From contig CAWCPV010000007.1 in NCBI GenBank assembly GCA_963797555.1, positions 160,001-224,000 of the forward strand: 64,000 bases of DNA, written 5' to 3'. The DNA comes from an uncultured Gammaproteobacteria bacterium. GTDB lineage: Bacteria; Pseudomonadota; Gammaproteobacteria; CAWCPV01. A program made the position numbers and the translations under genes. Under the pieces are notes generated by a model. It saw only the letters and a program-made list of their open reading frames with translations, did no database searches and was not told the DNA's origin. How positions within the stretch are numbered: the stretch's first letter is position 1; every line of letters starts with the position of its first letter. Below are positions 1 to 10,970 of the stretch, piece by piece.

Positions 1-169
1 CGGGCGGCTCCACGAGCCAGGCGAGGTAGGCTTGGGGATGGGCGCGGCGCAAAACTGGTATCAGGGCCGAGGCCATCACCACGTCGCCGATGGCACTCAG
101 CCGAATGATGAGGATCCTCGGAGAGGCCCCCGGCTTCGCGGCGGCAGCCGGATCGCTAGCTGGTCTCAT
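1..169 (-). CDS. Glycosyltransferase family 9 (LPS heptosyltransferase-like), N-terminus only; runs off the window edge
   Basis: Minus-strand translation [38 protein letters not shown] is a typical GT9 N-terminus; ATG at 169. Confidence 0.85.
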   Translation of the reverse strand, partial: MRPASDPAAAAKPGASPRILIIRLSAIGDVVMASALIPVLRRAHPQAYLAWLVEPP

Positions 170-186
170 AGTGTACCCGATGGACT

Positions 187-1267
187 CTAGCGAGCCCGGT
201 GGGAGAGCTCGTCGTACATCGCGAGATAGGCGTCCAACACTAAGTGCTGGTTGTGACGCTCTTTCAGGACGCGGCTTCCATGAGCAATCAGCTCCGCCCG
301 CAATGCAGCGGGTGCGCGCAGCAGGTCAAGAAGGCGCTCGGCTAGGGCATGGGGGTCCCTGCAGGGCACCAGTAGTCCATTGACGCTGTCGTCGATCAGC
401 TCCGCGGCACCGAGCGTGCGTGTCGCGACCACCGGAAGCCCGTGGCTCCACGCCTCGAGAATCACGTTGCCCAGGGGCTCGTGACGGGAGGGACATACGA
501 ACACATCGGCGAGCTGATAGAAGGGGTCAGGGCGGTTCTGCCAGCCCGGCCAGCGCACCCGCTCGGCCACGCCCGCCTCGTCGGACTGTGCCTGAAGCAC
601 AGCGCGCAGCGGCCCGTCGCCGATGATGATCAAGTACAGCGGTCTGCCATCCACGTCCGGAGGCAACTCCCGGAAGGCGCGCAGCAGGTCGCCGAAGCCC
701 TTGACAGGGTGGAAGCGCCCGGCCGCGAGCAGAATCACGGCGTCGGGCGGGATGCCAAGGGTTTCCCGTAGCGCCTCGAATCTCCTGGCGTGGGAGGTCG
801 GCCACATCCTCTACGAAGTTCCCGATGAAATAGACAGAACGTGCGGGCAGTCCCTCGCGGACCAAGTACTCACACACCCCGCGGGTATTTCCGACCCAGG
901 CGTGGGCGTGGCGGTAGTAGCCATTGAGCTTGTAATAGCCGCCGAGCCGCGCCACGTGCACCGCGTTGCCTCGATGAGGTAAGCGCGTCAGACGCGTGGC
1001 CCTGCCCATGTAAGTTTGCACGATGGCGGGGCGGCGGCTGCGCACCAGTCGGCGGATGCGCCACACGGACAACACATCCCAGATGTTGCGCATCGGGATG
1101 TGCACCTGCTCCACCGCGCCTTCCAGGGCTCGGGCGATCGGGGTCTTCGGCCGGGTCACGGCCAGCGCATGATGACCAGCTTCGTTCAGGGCGCGCACCA
1201 GACGCACGTAGAAGCGGTCAGCGCCGCCGAACTGGCGGCTGCCGATGACGTGCAGGGAGTCAATCAC
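187..1267 (-). CDS. Glycosyltransferase family 4, split by one frameshift near 790
   Basis: N-terminal [12 protein letters not shown] in ORF 527-1267; C-terminal GRFHPVKG and [11 protein letters not shown] in ORF 187-807. Confidence 0.85.
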
Positions 1268-1447
1268 GCGTGCAGCCGTCGTGGAAGGTCAAGAGCGCTG
1301 CGCACGGCACCCCCGTCCCTCGGTATAACGCGTCCGATGCGCGCAGACCGTGTGGACCGGGAAGGGGTCCATCAACTGAGAGTGCAGTGAGAATCGGCGT
1401 CCCCTTCAGCACCGCTTCAGGTGCCCGTGCGCGCAGCGCCCCTTCGC

Positions 1448-3235
1448 TCAAGGCAGCGCACGGGGGACTACTTCCTTGTCCCTGACAGCGAACTGTGCTC
1501 GGTACAGCCGGGCGTAGTGCCCGTCGCGCTGCACCAAAGCCGGGTGCGTTCCCATCTCGACGATGCGGCCCCTGCTGAGTACGATGATGCGGTCCGCGTT
1601 CTTGATGGTAGACAGCCGATGAGCGATCACCAACGTAGTCCGGCCCCGGCGCAGGCGCTCCATGGCCGCCTGGACGGCATGCTCGGAGCGCGTATCGAGG
1701 GCGGAAGTCGCCTCGTCCAGGATCAGGACCGGGGCGTCCTTGAGGATGGCGCGCGCGATGGCGATGCGCTGCCGCTGCCCGCCGGACAGACGGACGCCAT
1801 TCTCACCGATGAGGGTATCGAGCCCCCGCGGAAGTTCCTCGATAAACTCCATGGCGTGGGCGGCCTCAGCGGCCGCGATGATCTGGGTTTGGGAGTGACG
1901 CGTTAAGGTGCCGTACGCAATGTTGGCCGCGACGGTGTCGTTGAACAGTACAACCTCCTGGCTGACCAGCGCGATGTTGGTCCTTAACGCTGAAAGCTTG
2001 AGGTCGGCAATGTCGACGTGATCCAGCAGGATCTGGCCATCGGTCGGTACGTAGAACCGTGGCACCAGATTTACCAGCGTGCTCTTACCGCTACCCGAGG
2101 GCCCCACCAAGGCAACGGTTTCGCCGGGCGCTACCAGCAACGAGACATCTGCGAGCGCTTGTGTGCGGCCGTCGTAGCTGAAGCTAACCTGGCGGAACTC
2201 CAGGCGCCCCGCGGCACGACCCAGGGTCAGTGTGCCGTTGTCGGGCTCGGACGGCTGGTCGACCAGAGAGAACACGCTCTCGGAGGCCGCCAGACCGCGC
2301 TGTAGAGCCTCGTTGACGCGGGTCAAGCGCTTGATGGGTGAGAACAACAAGGCCATCGCGCCCACAAACGAGATGAAGCTACCGATGGTCATCTGGTGCC
2401 TGGCGGACTGCTGGGAGGCGAGGTGGACGATGACCGCGAGGGCAATGACTGCTACCAGTTGGACGGCCGGAACGTTCGCAGCCGCTGCGGTCACCAGCTT
2501 CATGCGGTAGCGACGGTTGTGGTTGATGGCGTTTCTGAAGTTGCCGCTCTCGTAATCCTGCCCTCCGAACAGTCGTATGATCTTGTGGCCTCTTATGCTT
2601 TCCTCGAGGGTGTGGGTGATATCGCCCATCGACGCCTGAATGGCCCGAGACATGACGCGTAGACGGCGGCTGATGAGCTTCACCATGACGGCGATGCCTG
2701 GACCCACTACCAGGGCGACCAGGGTCAGCCTCCAATCCAGATAGAGCATCCAGCCCAGCAGGCCGATGACGGTCAGCCCGTCCCGCACTGACACCGTGAG
2801 CACCTCGGTAGCGGCCTTGGTCACCTGTTCCACGTCGAAGGTCACTCGCGAGATAAGATTCCCCGAGGCATGGGCATCGTAGTAGCGTGTCGGCAGAACC
2901 AGGAGTTTTCCGAACATCGCTGCTCGCAGGTCCATGACGAGTCGGGTGGCCACCCAGCTAATACCGACGTCTCCGCCAAAGCTGGCCATCCCACGGAACA
3001 AGAACAGGCCTACCAGCAGAACAGGAAACAGGTGCAGAGGTCCGCCGTCTCTGTGTACGAAGCTGCCGTCCAGCATGGGCCTAAGGAGCGCGGGGACTGC
3101 CGGCTCGGTGGCCGCCTCGAGAATCATCGCGCCGATCGCTGCGGCAAACGTGCGCCAATACGGCAGGACGTGGCGCAACAGCCGCAGGTATAGCTGGCGG
3201 CTGCCCATGGTCTTGGCGAGGGTGGTGGGCGGCAC
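1448..3235 (-). CDS. msbA: Lipid A export ABC transporter permease/ATP-binding protein
   Basis: N-terminal membrane domain, Walker A GPSGSGKS, signature LSGGQRQR, ILDEATSALD; LPS gene context. Confidence 0.88.
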   Translation of the reverse strand: MPPTTLAKTMGSRQLYLRLLRHVLPYWRTFAAAIGAMILEAATEPAVPALLRPMLDGSFVHRDGGPLHLFPVLLVGLFLFRGMASFGGDVGISWVATRLVMDLRAAMFGKLLVLPTRYYDAHASGNLISRVTFDVEQVTKAATEVLTVSVRDGLTVIGLLGWMLYLDWRLTLVALVVGPGIAVMVKLISRRLRVMSRAIQASMGDITHTLEESIRGHKIIRLFGGQDYESGNFRNAINHNRRYRMKLVTAAAANVPAVQLVAVIALAVIVHLASQQSARHQMTIGSFISFVGAMALLFSPIKRLTRVNEALQRGLAASESVFSLVDQPSEPDNGTLTLGRAAGRLEFRQVSFSYDGRTQALADVSLLVAPGETVALVGPSGSGKSTLVNLVPRFYVPTDGQILLDHVDIADLKLSALRTNIALVSQEVVLFNDTVAANIAYGTLTRHSQTQIIAAAEAAHAMEFIEELPRGLDTLIGENGVRLSGGQRQRIAIARAILKDAPVLILDEATSALDTRSEHAVQAAMERLRRGRTTLVIAHRLSTIKNADRIIVLSRGRIVEMGTHPALVQRDGHYARLYRAQFAVRDKEVVPRALP

Positions 3236-3516
3236 GTCAGGGGCGGCAAGCCCGCCTGGGCTCAGCGACGGTCATGGTGGGGATTACGCCACGCAGTGGT
3301 GTATAAGCAAACGGCATTAGCTTATCACACCGAGGTCAGTGGGTCCGGGGGGCCGCCACCTGGACTATCCAGCCCGGTAGGCCTCATGCCGTCAGGGTCC
3401 GTTGACGGAGACGGACGAGGTACTGGCTGAGGCGCGGCCACCGTGCGCTTGTTGAGGTTTCACCACTATGACCATGCGAGTGCCTGCCGCGAGCCCGGAA
3501 CAGGCTGCCACGTTTC

Positions 3517-4716
3517 TCAGACGTAGAGCAGATACGGTCGCACCGACTCGCTGAACTCTCGCTCGCACCGGCGCCAGTGCGCATAAAGATCGGGCAGCTC
3601 GCCACCCCCGTCCACGAGGTCGCGAATGCTGGTGTCCCCCGCGAGAAGATCGATGGCCAGCCGATCGCTCACGAACTCGTAGGGCTCGGTGCGCCAAGCG
3701 AAATCACTCGGATAGAGCCGCCGCAAGGCAATCAGCAACGCGACGCTCGTCGCCAGCGGTTGATAGCGGTGCCGGTCGGTGACGTGCAGTTGCACGGCGC
3801 CGCAGATCTGGCGGGAGAACTTGTGGAAGGCCGGCTCGATGAACGTGGCGCGGAAGGCGACGCCCTCCATGCTCCAGCTCCCGGCCGCCCGATCCATCTC
3901 CCGTTTCAGCGTCTGCGGGCAAATCCAGGGTGCGCCGAGCAGCTCGAAGGGCCGCGTCGTGCCCCGCCCCTCCGAGACATTGGTGCCCTCCAGCAGGCAT
4001 TGCCCCGGATACACCGCCGCGGTGTCCAGGGTCGGCATGTTCGGCGAGGGCAAGACCCAGGGCAGGCCCGTCTGGTCGAACCACTGGTCTCGCCGCCAGC
4101 CCTCGCAAGCAATGACGACCAGCGCGTCTTCGTCCGCAGGGATGTGCAGTTGCTCGCAGAACCAGAGCGCCAGCTCCCCGGCCGTGAGCCCGTGGCGGTT
4201 GGGGAGGGGGAAGCGACCCACGAAGGAGCCGTAGCCATCGGTATCGACCAGGTTGCCCTCGCGGCGATCGCCGCCGATCGGGTTGGGGCGGTCACAGACG
4301 ATCACCTGGAGTCCCGTGGCGGCGCAGGCTTCCAGACAGTAAGCCAGGGTGTAGCCATAGGTGTAGTAGCGGCTGCCGACGTTCTGGAGGTCGAAGATCA
4401 GTGCATCCAACCCTTCCAGATGTTCGGGCCGGGGCTTGAGTGAGTCCCGCTCGCGGCCGTAGAGGCTGATTTCGGGAATTCCGGTGACCGGGTCCGCGGC
4501 AGCGCTGACCGCAATCATGTCCTGGGCCGTGCCGCGCACCCCATGCTCGGGCCCGAACAGGCGCCGCAGATCGGTCTGCGCGTGCCCATGGAGCGCGTCC
4601 ACGGCATGCATGAAGTTCGGTAGGATCGCAGTCGAGTTGCAGCACAGGCCGACCCTCCGGCCACGCAGCAGGTCGACCCTGTCGGTCAGGAGGCGTTCCA
4701 ACCCGGTGCGTACCAT
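3517..4716 (-). CDS. Exo-beta-N-acetylmuramidase NamZ family (DUF1343)
   Basis: Motifs FGPEHG, DRPNPIGG, PSPNMP, NVSEGRGTTRPFE. Confidence 0.9.
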   Translation of the reverse strand: MVRTGLERLLTDRVDLLRGRRVGLCCNSTAILPNFMHAVDALHGHAQTDLRRLFGPEHGVRGTAQDMIAVSAAADPVTGIPEISLYGRERDSLKPRPEHLEGLDALIFDLQNVGSRYYTYGYTLAYCLEACAATGLQVIVCDRPNPIGGDRREGNLVDTDGYGSFVGRFPLPNRHGLTAGELALWFCEQLHIPADEDALVVIACEGWRRDQWFDQTGLPWVLPSPNMPTLDTAAVYPGQCLLEGTNVSEGRGTTRPFELLGAPWICPQTLKREMDRAAGSWSMEGVAFRATFIEPAFHKFSRQICGAVQLHVTDRHRYQPLATSVALLIALRRLYPSDFAWRTEPYEFVSDRLAIDLLAGDTSIRDLVDGGGELPDLYAHWRRCEREFSESVRPYLLYV

Positions 4717-4859
4717 CTGCCCTCAGCGCACGAGCGGCGGGCATCGCGCCGCTCGCCCGGAAAGGTCGGAGTCGACGACCCACCCCCCTCGGCCGTCCGC
4801 GGTGCGGTGCCAGTAGCAGGCCCGACGAAATGCGGTCGGCCGGGCGGGTCGGGACCGTG

Positions 4860-5759
4860 TTACATCAGCCGGTATTTCCGGAACCTTTTGTCCCGCAAAC
4901 TGGCTCCTTCGCCGCCCGCGGAGGCATCGGCGACCTCGCCGCGAATGGCGGCAAGGCGCTCCGACGCCGGTGGATGGGTCTTGTAGAAGCCGGTGTCGCT
5001 CCGGCCCGAGTTCCGTTCCAGCTTCTGCAGCATAGAAGCGAGCCCGGACGGATCGTAGCCCGAGGCGCGCAGGATCTGCACCGCCGCCTGGTCGGCATTC
5101 AGCTCTTGGTCGCGAGAGTAGCCGGAGACCACCATCCGATTCACGATGTCGTTGATGCTGGCGTCGAAGGCGTCGGTCAGCGCGATGAGGTTGCGGCCTT
5201 GGCTGGAGCGCTGCAGGGCGGATTGACCGATGAGCGTGAATGCCTTGGTGAGATTGGAGGCGCGGATGGCGGAGAGTCCGTGCTGCAGCGTCACGTGGGC
5301 GATTTCGTGTGCCAACACGGCAGCGAGTTCGTCTTCCGATCCCACCATGCGATAAAGGCCGCTGGTTACCAAGATGAAGCCACCCGGCGCGGCGAAGGCG
5401 TTGATTTCCGGGGAGTCGATCAGCTCGAAGTGGTAACCGGCGAAGGTCTCCGGACGCGCGGAGAACTTGCTCAGATAGCCGCCGACCTCGTTCAGGTACT
5501 GGTTGACCGAACGGTTCGCCAGCGGCCTGTAGCTGCCGAAGACCTGCGCGGCGACCGAGCGCCCGATGTAGTACTCCTCCTCCGGGGTGAGGTCCTCGAC
5601 CCCCTTACGTAAGCTAGTCACCACCTCGGCGCCGGACCCGGCATGCTGCATCAGTGTGTTCCAGCCGCCGAGGTCGAACGCCCCCACCGTGCTCGGTGTC
5701 GCCGATCCGAACACCGCTGTGAGCCATAAGGGAGCGATGACCCGTTTCAGTTGCCCCAT
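4860..5759 (-). CDS. M48 family zinc metalloprotease, exported
   Basis: INAFAAPGG, HEIAH (HExxH), YSRDQELNAD, THP; signal-like N-terminus. Confidence 0.88.
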   Translation of the reverse strand: MGQLKRVIAPLWLTAVFGSATPSTVGAFDLGGWNTLMQHAGSGAEVVTSLRKGVEDLTPEEEYYIGRSVAAQVFGSYRPLANRSVNQYLNEVGGYLSKFSARPETFAGYHFELIDSPEINAFAAPGGFILVTSGLYRMVGSEDELAAVLAHEIAHVTLQHGLSAIRASNLTKAFTLIGQSALQRSSQGRNLIALTDAFDASINDIVNRMVVSGYSRDQELNADQAAVQILRASGYDPSGLASMLQKLERNSGRSDTGFYKTHPPASERLAAIRGEVADASAGGEGASLRDKRFRKYRLM

Positions 5760-6451
5760 GGATCCACCCCGTGTGATTCGCGCCGCCGGTCATCCGATTC
5801 CTTCCGCGTCGCGCGAGGCTTTATCACGAAGGAAGCGGACCCGCGGCCGCTGGGTTCGCCCGCAGGCTGGCTAGCCTGGCTGGCCGGCGGCTGGCCCATG
5901 GTGATGAGTTGGCCGGCACTCGCAAACTTGCGGATCTCCTCGCTGTCCGCCTGTAGCCGCTCCAGTTTGTCCACCGCGGAAAAATCGGCCCGTGGATAGC
6001 GCGTGCGGTACTGCTCCTCGACGTTGCGGTTGAACCCCTTTCCGGCCAAGGCCACTTCGTCTTCCGTATAGCCCTTGCCGGCGCTGGCGGGCTCGGGCGC
6101 ACGACCCGCCAGCACGTCGAGGGCAGACCCGACCCCCGACAGCGCACCCGAGGCCGCTCCGCTCCCGCCACCCGCTCCCGACACTGCGGAGCTGTGGACC
6201 CAGCCGGTCACCGTTCCGTACTGGACGCGGTACCAGCCCTGCGCTTCCCCCAGCACCTCCAGGCGCTCGGTGAAACTTGCGGTCGCGAGACTGGGGGAGA
6301 AGAATTGATGGTCGGACCGCACCGAGGTCTGCTTCACCTTCACCACCACTGTGGCAACAGCGGCGAGAACGGCTCCAACAAAGACCGCGCCGGCGAGCAA
6401 TGCAGCACTCAAGATCCCGATTCTTCTTCGGGACACGCTAACGCCCTTCAT
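5747..6451 (-). CDS. Exported SH3-domain protein
   Basis: Signal peptide followed by LEVLGEAQGWYRVQYGTVTGWVHSS (bacterial SH3 pattern). Confidence 0.75.
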   Translation of the reverse strand: MKGVSVSRRRIGILSAALLAGAVFVGAVLAAVATVVVKVKQTSVRSDHQFFSPSLATASFTERLEVLGEAQGWYRVQYGTVTGWVHSSAVSGAGGGSGAASGALSGVGSALDVLAGRAPEPASAGKGYTEDEVALAGKGFNRNVEEQYRTRYPRADFSAVDKLERLQADSEEIRKFASAGQLITMGQPPASQASQPAGEPSGRGSASFVIKPRATRKESDDRRRESHGVDPWGN

Positions 6452-6474
6452 GCAACCTCGTCCCCGAGTTGCGC

Positions 6475-8610
6475 TCACTTGCTGACATGGATAAATGCAC
6501 CGTCCCAATCCTCAGCCGGGGGATTGTGCCGGAAGTGCCTGACCCGCGCCATCAGTGCTTGTGTGGGTGGATCGCCTCCCAGTTGCGGCATCTCTTGGAG
6601 AACCCTCTCCGCTTCGTCCCATGCGCGTTCCTGATAAGCCCGAAAGGCCGCTTCGTAATGCTGGCACAGGTCGATCTGCTGTGGCGTGGCCAGGTCCTTG
6701 GGGGCAATGGGCTCGTACACCCGAACCGCATTGCTCTTGCCCTTCACCTTCAGATAGTCGATCTGACGGCCGACGAAGCGTTCCCGCACCGGCTCCCACG
6801 CCGACTCGCCGATCAACATACGGCTGCCATAGGCCTTGTTGAGACCCTCGAGACGCGATGCCTGGTTCACGGTATCGCCGATGGCCGTATAGTCGAACCG
6901 CTCGCGCGAGCCCATGTTCCCGACGATGCATTCGCCCCGGTCGATGCCGATGCGCACCGCCAGCGGTAAGTCCGGGTAAAGGGAGGCGACGTAGGCGGCA
7001 AAGCGCTGCTGACATTCCAGGGCCGCCGCCACCGCCAGCTCGGACTGCTGGGCCTGATCCACGGGGGCCCCCCAGAAGGCCATCACGGCGTCGCCGATGA
7101 ATTTGTCTACCGTCCCTTGACGCGCCAGAATAACCTCGGTCATCTGGGATGTATAGTCGTTCAACATCGCCACCAAGGCTTGGGGTTCCAATCGCTCCGC
7201 CAGGGTGGTGAAGCCGGCCAGGTCGGCGAACAGGACAGTGATCTCCCGTTTCTCACCCCCGAGTTCCAGGCCGTGGGGCGACTGGATGATGCGTTGCACC
7301 ACCTGCGGCGAAACGTAATGACTGAAGGCGCTCTGCAGGAACCGCCGGCGCCGACCTTCCGAATGGTAGCGGTAGGCAGAGGCCAGAATCAGGCCGCTCA
7401 GCGCACAGAGGATGAGCAAGGTCACGTCCCAGACCATCCCCTGGCGGAAACCGAGCTGGGTCGCCGCCAGGCCGCCGCTCAACGCGCCAGCGCTGAGCAG
7501 GGAAGACACCGACGACCGTTGGACCAGCACCGTGGAAGCCACCGCGGCCAAGGTCACTAACCCGGTCAAGAGAAGATTCCAGGCGCCGGCCGCCAAGTGC
7601 AGAAAATCTTTGTCCAGGGCGTTCGAGAGCAGTGTCGCCTGGAGGAAGGCCCCGGGCGTCACCGCGCTGACCGGTGTGGGCTTGAAGTCGAGGAGGCCGG
7701 GCGCCGTATAGGCGACGAAGACGTAACGGTCACGGAACACTTCCGGCGCGATGGGCGGCGTTTCACCTTTGGAGTGCATGACCGCCGATCGAATCACATC
7801 GACCGCCGAGAGGCGCTCGAACTGCTCGCCGCCGCCGCGAAAGCGCAGCAGTAGCCTGCCGGCGGAATCCACCGGCAAGCGCCGCCCGTCGAGACTCATG
7901 CCGTCCTCGTTGCCCCACCGCACCTCGCTGCCTTTCCCCACCAAAGCCGCCAGACCGAGGGCCGGCAGCAGACGCCCGCCAAGGACCACGAAGGGAAGGG
8001 CGGAGCGATACACCCCGTCTTCATCCGGTCCTTGGGTGACGAACGCGACGCCGGCGGCGGCAGAGGAGATTGGCTCCACTGGCAGCGAGACGGTTGCCCG
8101 GGTGAGGGCATCGGGCGGCGTCCCGCGAAACCGGATACCCAATGCCGCCGACGCCTTGCCGCCCGCGGAATCACCACGAGAGACGGCGGCGGCGAGATAA
8201 ACCTTGCCGGAAGCGGCTACCGCATCGGCGAACTCCCGATCGATGTCCGGTCCGAATGGCGATTGGTTATTGAACAGCAAATCGAACAGGATGGCCTTGG
8301 CGCCGCCCATCGTTGCGTACTGCACCAACGGTTTATACAGGGTGCGGGGCCACGGAAAGGGGACGTTGTCCCGGTCGAAGTAGTCGAGGCTGCGCTGGTC
8401 GACCGCGACGATCAAGATGCGCCGGTCGCGGAACGCCGGGTCGCGGTGCAGCAGGTGTTGCAGATTGAGCGCCGTCAGGCGGATCGGCGTGAGCGCCGGG
8501 GACTCCCCGAGGCCACCACCCAGCAGCATGGCGACCGCAGTGATGGCCGCTATTGCCAACCCCCTGGCGGTCGCGGTGGGGGGGCGGGTGGCCGCCGCCG
8601 TTTCCTTCAT
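6475..8610 (-). CDS. CHASE2-domain membrane class III adenylate/guanylate cyclase
   Basis: PWPR and DxDGVYR CHASE2 motifs, three membrane helices, FADLAGFT, DKFIGDAVMA, GDTVNQASRLE. Confidence 0.9.
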   Translation of the reverse strand: MKETAAATRPPTATARGLAIAAITAVAMLLGGGLGESPALTPIRLTALNLQHLLHRDPAFRDRRILIVAVDQRSLDYFDRDNVPFPWPRTLYKPLVQYATMGGAKAILFDLLFNNQSPFGPDIDREFADAVAASGKVYLAAAVSRGDSAGGKASAALGIRFRGTPPDALTRATVSLPVEPISSAAAGVAFVTQGPDEDGVYRSALPFVVLGGRLLPALGLAALVGKGSEVRWGNEDGMSLDGRRLPVDSAGRLLLRFRGGGEQFERLSAVDVIRSAVMHSKGETPPIAPEVFRDRYVFVAYTAPGLLDFKPTPVSAVTPGAFLQATLLSNALDKDFLHLAAGAWNLLLTGLVTLAAVASTVLVQRSSVSSLLSAGALSGGLAATQLGFRQGMVWDVTLLILCALSGLILASAYRYHSEGRRRRFLQSAFSHYVSPQVVQRIIQSPHGLELGGEKREITVLFADLAGFTTLAERLEPQALVAMLNDYTSQMTEVILARQGTVDKFIGDAVMAFWGAPVDQAQQSELAVAAALECQQRFAAYVASLYPDLPLAVRIGIDRGECIVGNMGSRERFDYTAIGDTVNQASRLEGLNKAYGSRMLIGESAWEPVRERFVGRQIDYLKVKGKSNAVRVYEPIAPKDLATPQQIDLCQHYEAAFRAYQERAWDEAERVLQEMPQLGGDPPTQALMARVRHFRHNPPAEDWDGAFIHVSK

Positions 8611-8766
8611 TCGGTCGTTCCCATCCGCGATTCAGATCTCTTCCGGTGCAGGTTACGGCGACCTCTGCCTACCGGGTCGCGGATGGAGCGGGCACAGCCG
8701 GCGCGGAACGTTGGCGCCGGCGCGTCGGCCGCTTGCACAGCCGGGACCAACCGCGGTTCGATGACC

Positions 8767-10533
8767 TCACGACCTCCGGGACATGAGGCCGAGCAGGGTC
8801 GCTGCCGCCTCACGGGGGCCGCTTGCCTCGTAACCCGGAAGGCCGAGCCGGGTGCGCATCTGACCGACGAACACGCCGGCGGCGAACGCTGCCTCGAAGG
8901 TGTGCCGTGCGATGGCGTCGTGCGCGAGCGGCCGCTGGGCCGGCCCGAACACATTGGCGAAGTAGGTGCTCACCAGGCCGGTCGAGCTGGTCGTGCCCCT
9001 CGACATCGCGGTGCCCTCACGAAAGACGCGCACCGCGGCATCCACGGAGCCGAAGCGCTCGATGATGGGGTGCTGCTCGTCGACCGGCTGGTAGTTGTTG
9101 GCGTACAGGAGAAAATCGATGGGATACCCGCGCTGCACCTCCTCGATCGTGGTCACCGGAAGGACGACCCGCGCGTTGACCTTTTGCGGGCTCATGATGA
9201 TGGCCCGGTCGATCTGGCCGAAGGCGTAACCCCGCTGCAGGTCATCGAGGCGCACGAAGGCCCCGATCTCCGTCCCATAGCCGAGCAGTCGGCCGTCCCG
9301 TGCCACCTCGACCGATCCCATGTCGTCGGCCACGATACGCAGCTCCCCGACGACATCGTCGCCCAGCAGCCGCAGCGCCTCAAGCGTCTCCGACTTGCCG
9401 GTCGCGGTGTCTCCGAGGAGCAGCATAGTGGCCGCCACCCCGTTGCGCAGCACGACGCGCGCGAGGGCACCGTGGAACGGCATCAGCCCCTTCTTCATCA
9501 CCGCCACGTTGTGCAGCGTGAGCGCCATCTTCTTCACATAGCCGAAGTAGCCGAACCGCTCTTCGAGCGGTACGGCGCCCACCAGCAGGTCGCTGGTCTC
9601 GTCGTCGTAAAACACGGTCGGGGCGTGGCCGAACCGCGCAAGGGCCTGCGGCGGTGCGCCATAAAGGTAGATCGCATCAGGGCCGGCTGCGACTTGCTGA
9701 TCGCTGGCCATCTCGAACAGGTTGCCGAGCGCGAGCCCGAGCCCGGCGAAGCGCTGGTGGAAGTAGGCGAACACGACCAGGCGCCCGACCACCGCCGGGT
9801 AGCACATCCAGCGCTCCTTTTCGAGCGACATGCCGGCGAGCGGGTTCTCGTAGACCTCGACGAACTGTCCGGAGCGAGTGTTGGCGGGCGGGTCGAGGAT
9901 AAGCGGCGGATACATCAGCAGGTGACGCACGAAGGGGATGCCGACGAGCAGGTCGCGGTAGCTTTCGGGCATGCGCCAAGCGCGCTGCACGGCGATGACG
10001 CCCATGTCGGCACCGGCCGGAACCTGCCGGTACACGCGCGGATGACTGGCGGTGATATTCTCGACCACGTCGCGATACAGGTCGCGCACGAGCTGCGCGA
10101 GGGTTTCGACGGTCCGGTTGAACGTGCGGTACGGGCGCCGGTCGTGGCTGTCGGGCCCGCCTTCGGAGTGGTTGACCATGAAACGGTCGAAGCTCCGCCA
10201 GAAGTCGTACAGGCCCTCGGCGAGCTCGTGAAGAGCGGTGCGTTGACTGAGCAGCTTGGCGCTGTCCGGCGACGTGCCGGCGATGCGTTCGAGCGGGTTG
10301 TGCGCCAGCACGCGCAGCACGTCCACGAGGCGCGCCCGCCGAGGCGGGTCGGCGGCGTCAATTTCAAGCTCGTCGAGCACGGGAGCCCTGTGTGCAGCGA
10401 GGCGTTCCAGGTACAAAGCGACCACGCGCTCGAAGGCGGCGCTTTCGACGAGCTCCCGCGTCGTCCCGCAAATGGTCCCCTCGGTATGCAGCACGAGCTG
10501 CCCGGGGCCTTCGTCCATCCTGAGAAGCGGCAT
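8767..10533 (-). CDS. Atypical PEP carboxykinase-like P-loop protein
   Basis: YFGYVKK, PFHG, GDTATGKSET, ADDMG, GTEIGAF resemble PEPCK kinase-1a/kinase-2 motifs; probable start 10533 rather than 10944. Confidence 0.65.
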   Translation of the reverse strand: MPLLRMDEGPGQLVLHTEGTICGTTRELVESAAFERVVALYLERLAAHRAPVLDELEIDAADPPRRARLVDVLRVLAHNPLERIAGTSPDSAKLLSQRTALHELAEGLYDFWRSFDRFMVNHSEGGPDSHDRRPYRTFNRTVETLAQLVRDLYRDVVENITASHPRVYRQVPAGADMGVIAVQRAWRMPESYRDLLVGIPFVRHLLMYPPLILDPPANTRSGQFVEVYENPLAGMSLEKERWMCYPAVVGRLVVFAYFHQRFAGLGLALGNLFEMASDQQVAAGPDAIYLYGAPPQALARFGHAPTVFYDDETSDLLVGAVPLEERFGYFGYVKKMALTLHNVAVMKKGLMPFHGALARVVLRNGVAATMLLLGDTATGKSETLEALRLLGDDVVGELRIVADDMGSVEVARDGRLLGYGTEIGAFVRLDDLQRGYAFGQIDRAIIMSPQKVNARVVLPVTTIEEVQRGYPIDFLLYANNYQPVDEQHPIIERFGSVDAAVRVFREGTAMSRGTTSSTGLVSTYFANVFGPAQRPLAHDAIARHTFEAAFAAGVFVGQMRTRLGLPGYEASGPREAAATLLGLMSRRS

Positions 10534-10970
10534 CGGTTCGGTGGGTCTCCGGTCCAGGCACTGCCGCCGGTTTGGTGCCGGCGTGATGGTGGACCGCGCA
10601 CGAGCGGCGCGCATCCTGAGCATCAAGATATCATGGTAGCTTCGTGGAAGGGGCCAGAGGGTGGGCCAGAGGGCCTCACAGGACTTGGCACCGGCGCTCG
10701 GGCGGGTGCGGCCGACTCCCACATCGGGAAGCGGCTCGCACGCGCCGTTGGCTGCCGCCGTCCGGGTCTCGCGAGATCGGCCGAGTGCTGGATCGACGAG
10801 GCTCCAATCCAAAGGCCCCCGGCGGCCGCTATGGGGATACGCTCGTGGCTGGGTGCTCCGGCCATGCGATGACGGTGAGGTCGGAGAGCGCGCAGACGGC
10901 GGCGGAGGGGGATCTCCGATCGAGGTCGATTCGGTGATTCGCAAAACGACGAACCGGAAGGGTACAGCTC

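Noticed and set aside
8032-10872. 946-aa plus-strand ORF
   Set aside because: Antisense shadow of the cyclase and PEPCK-like genes in high-GC DNA; no recognisable motifs
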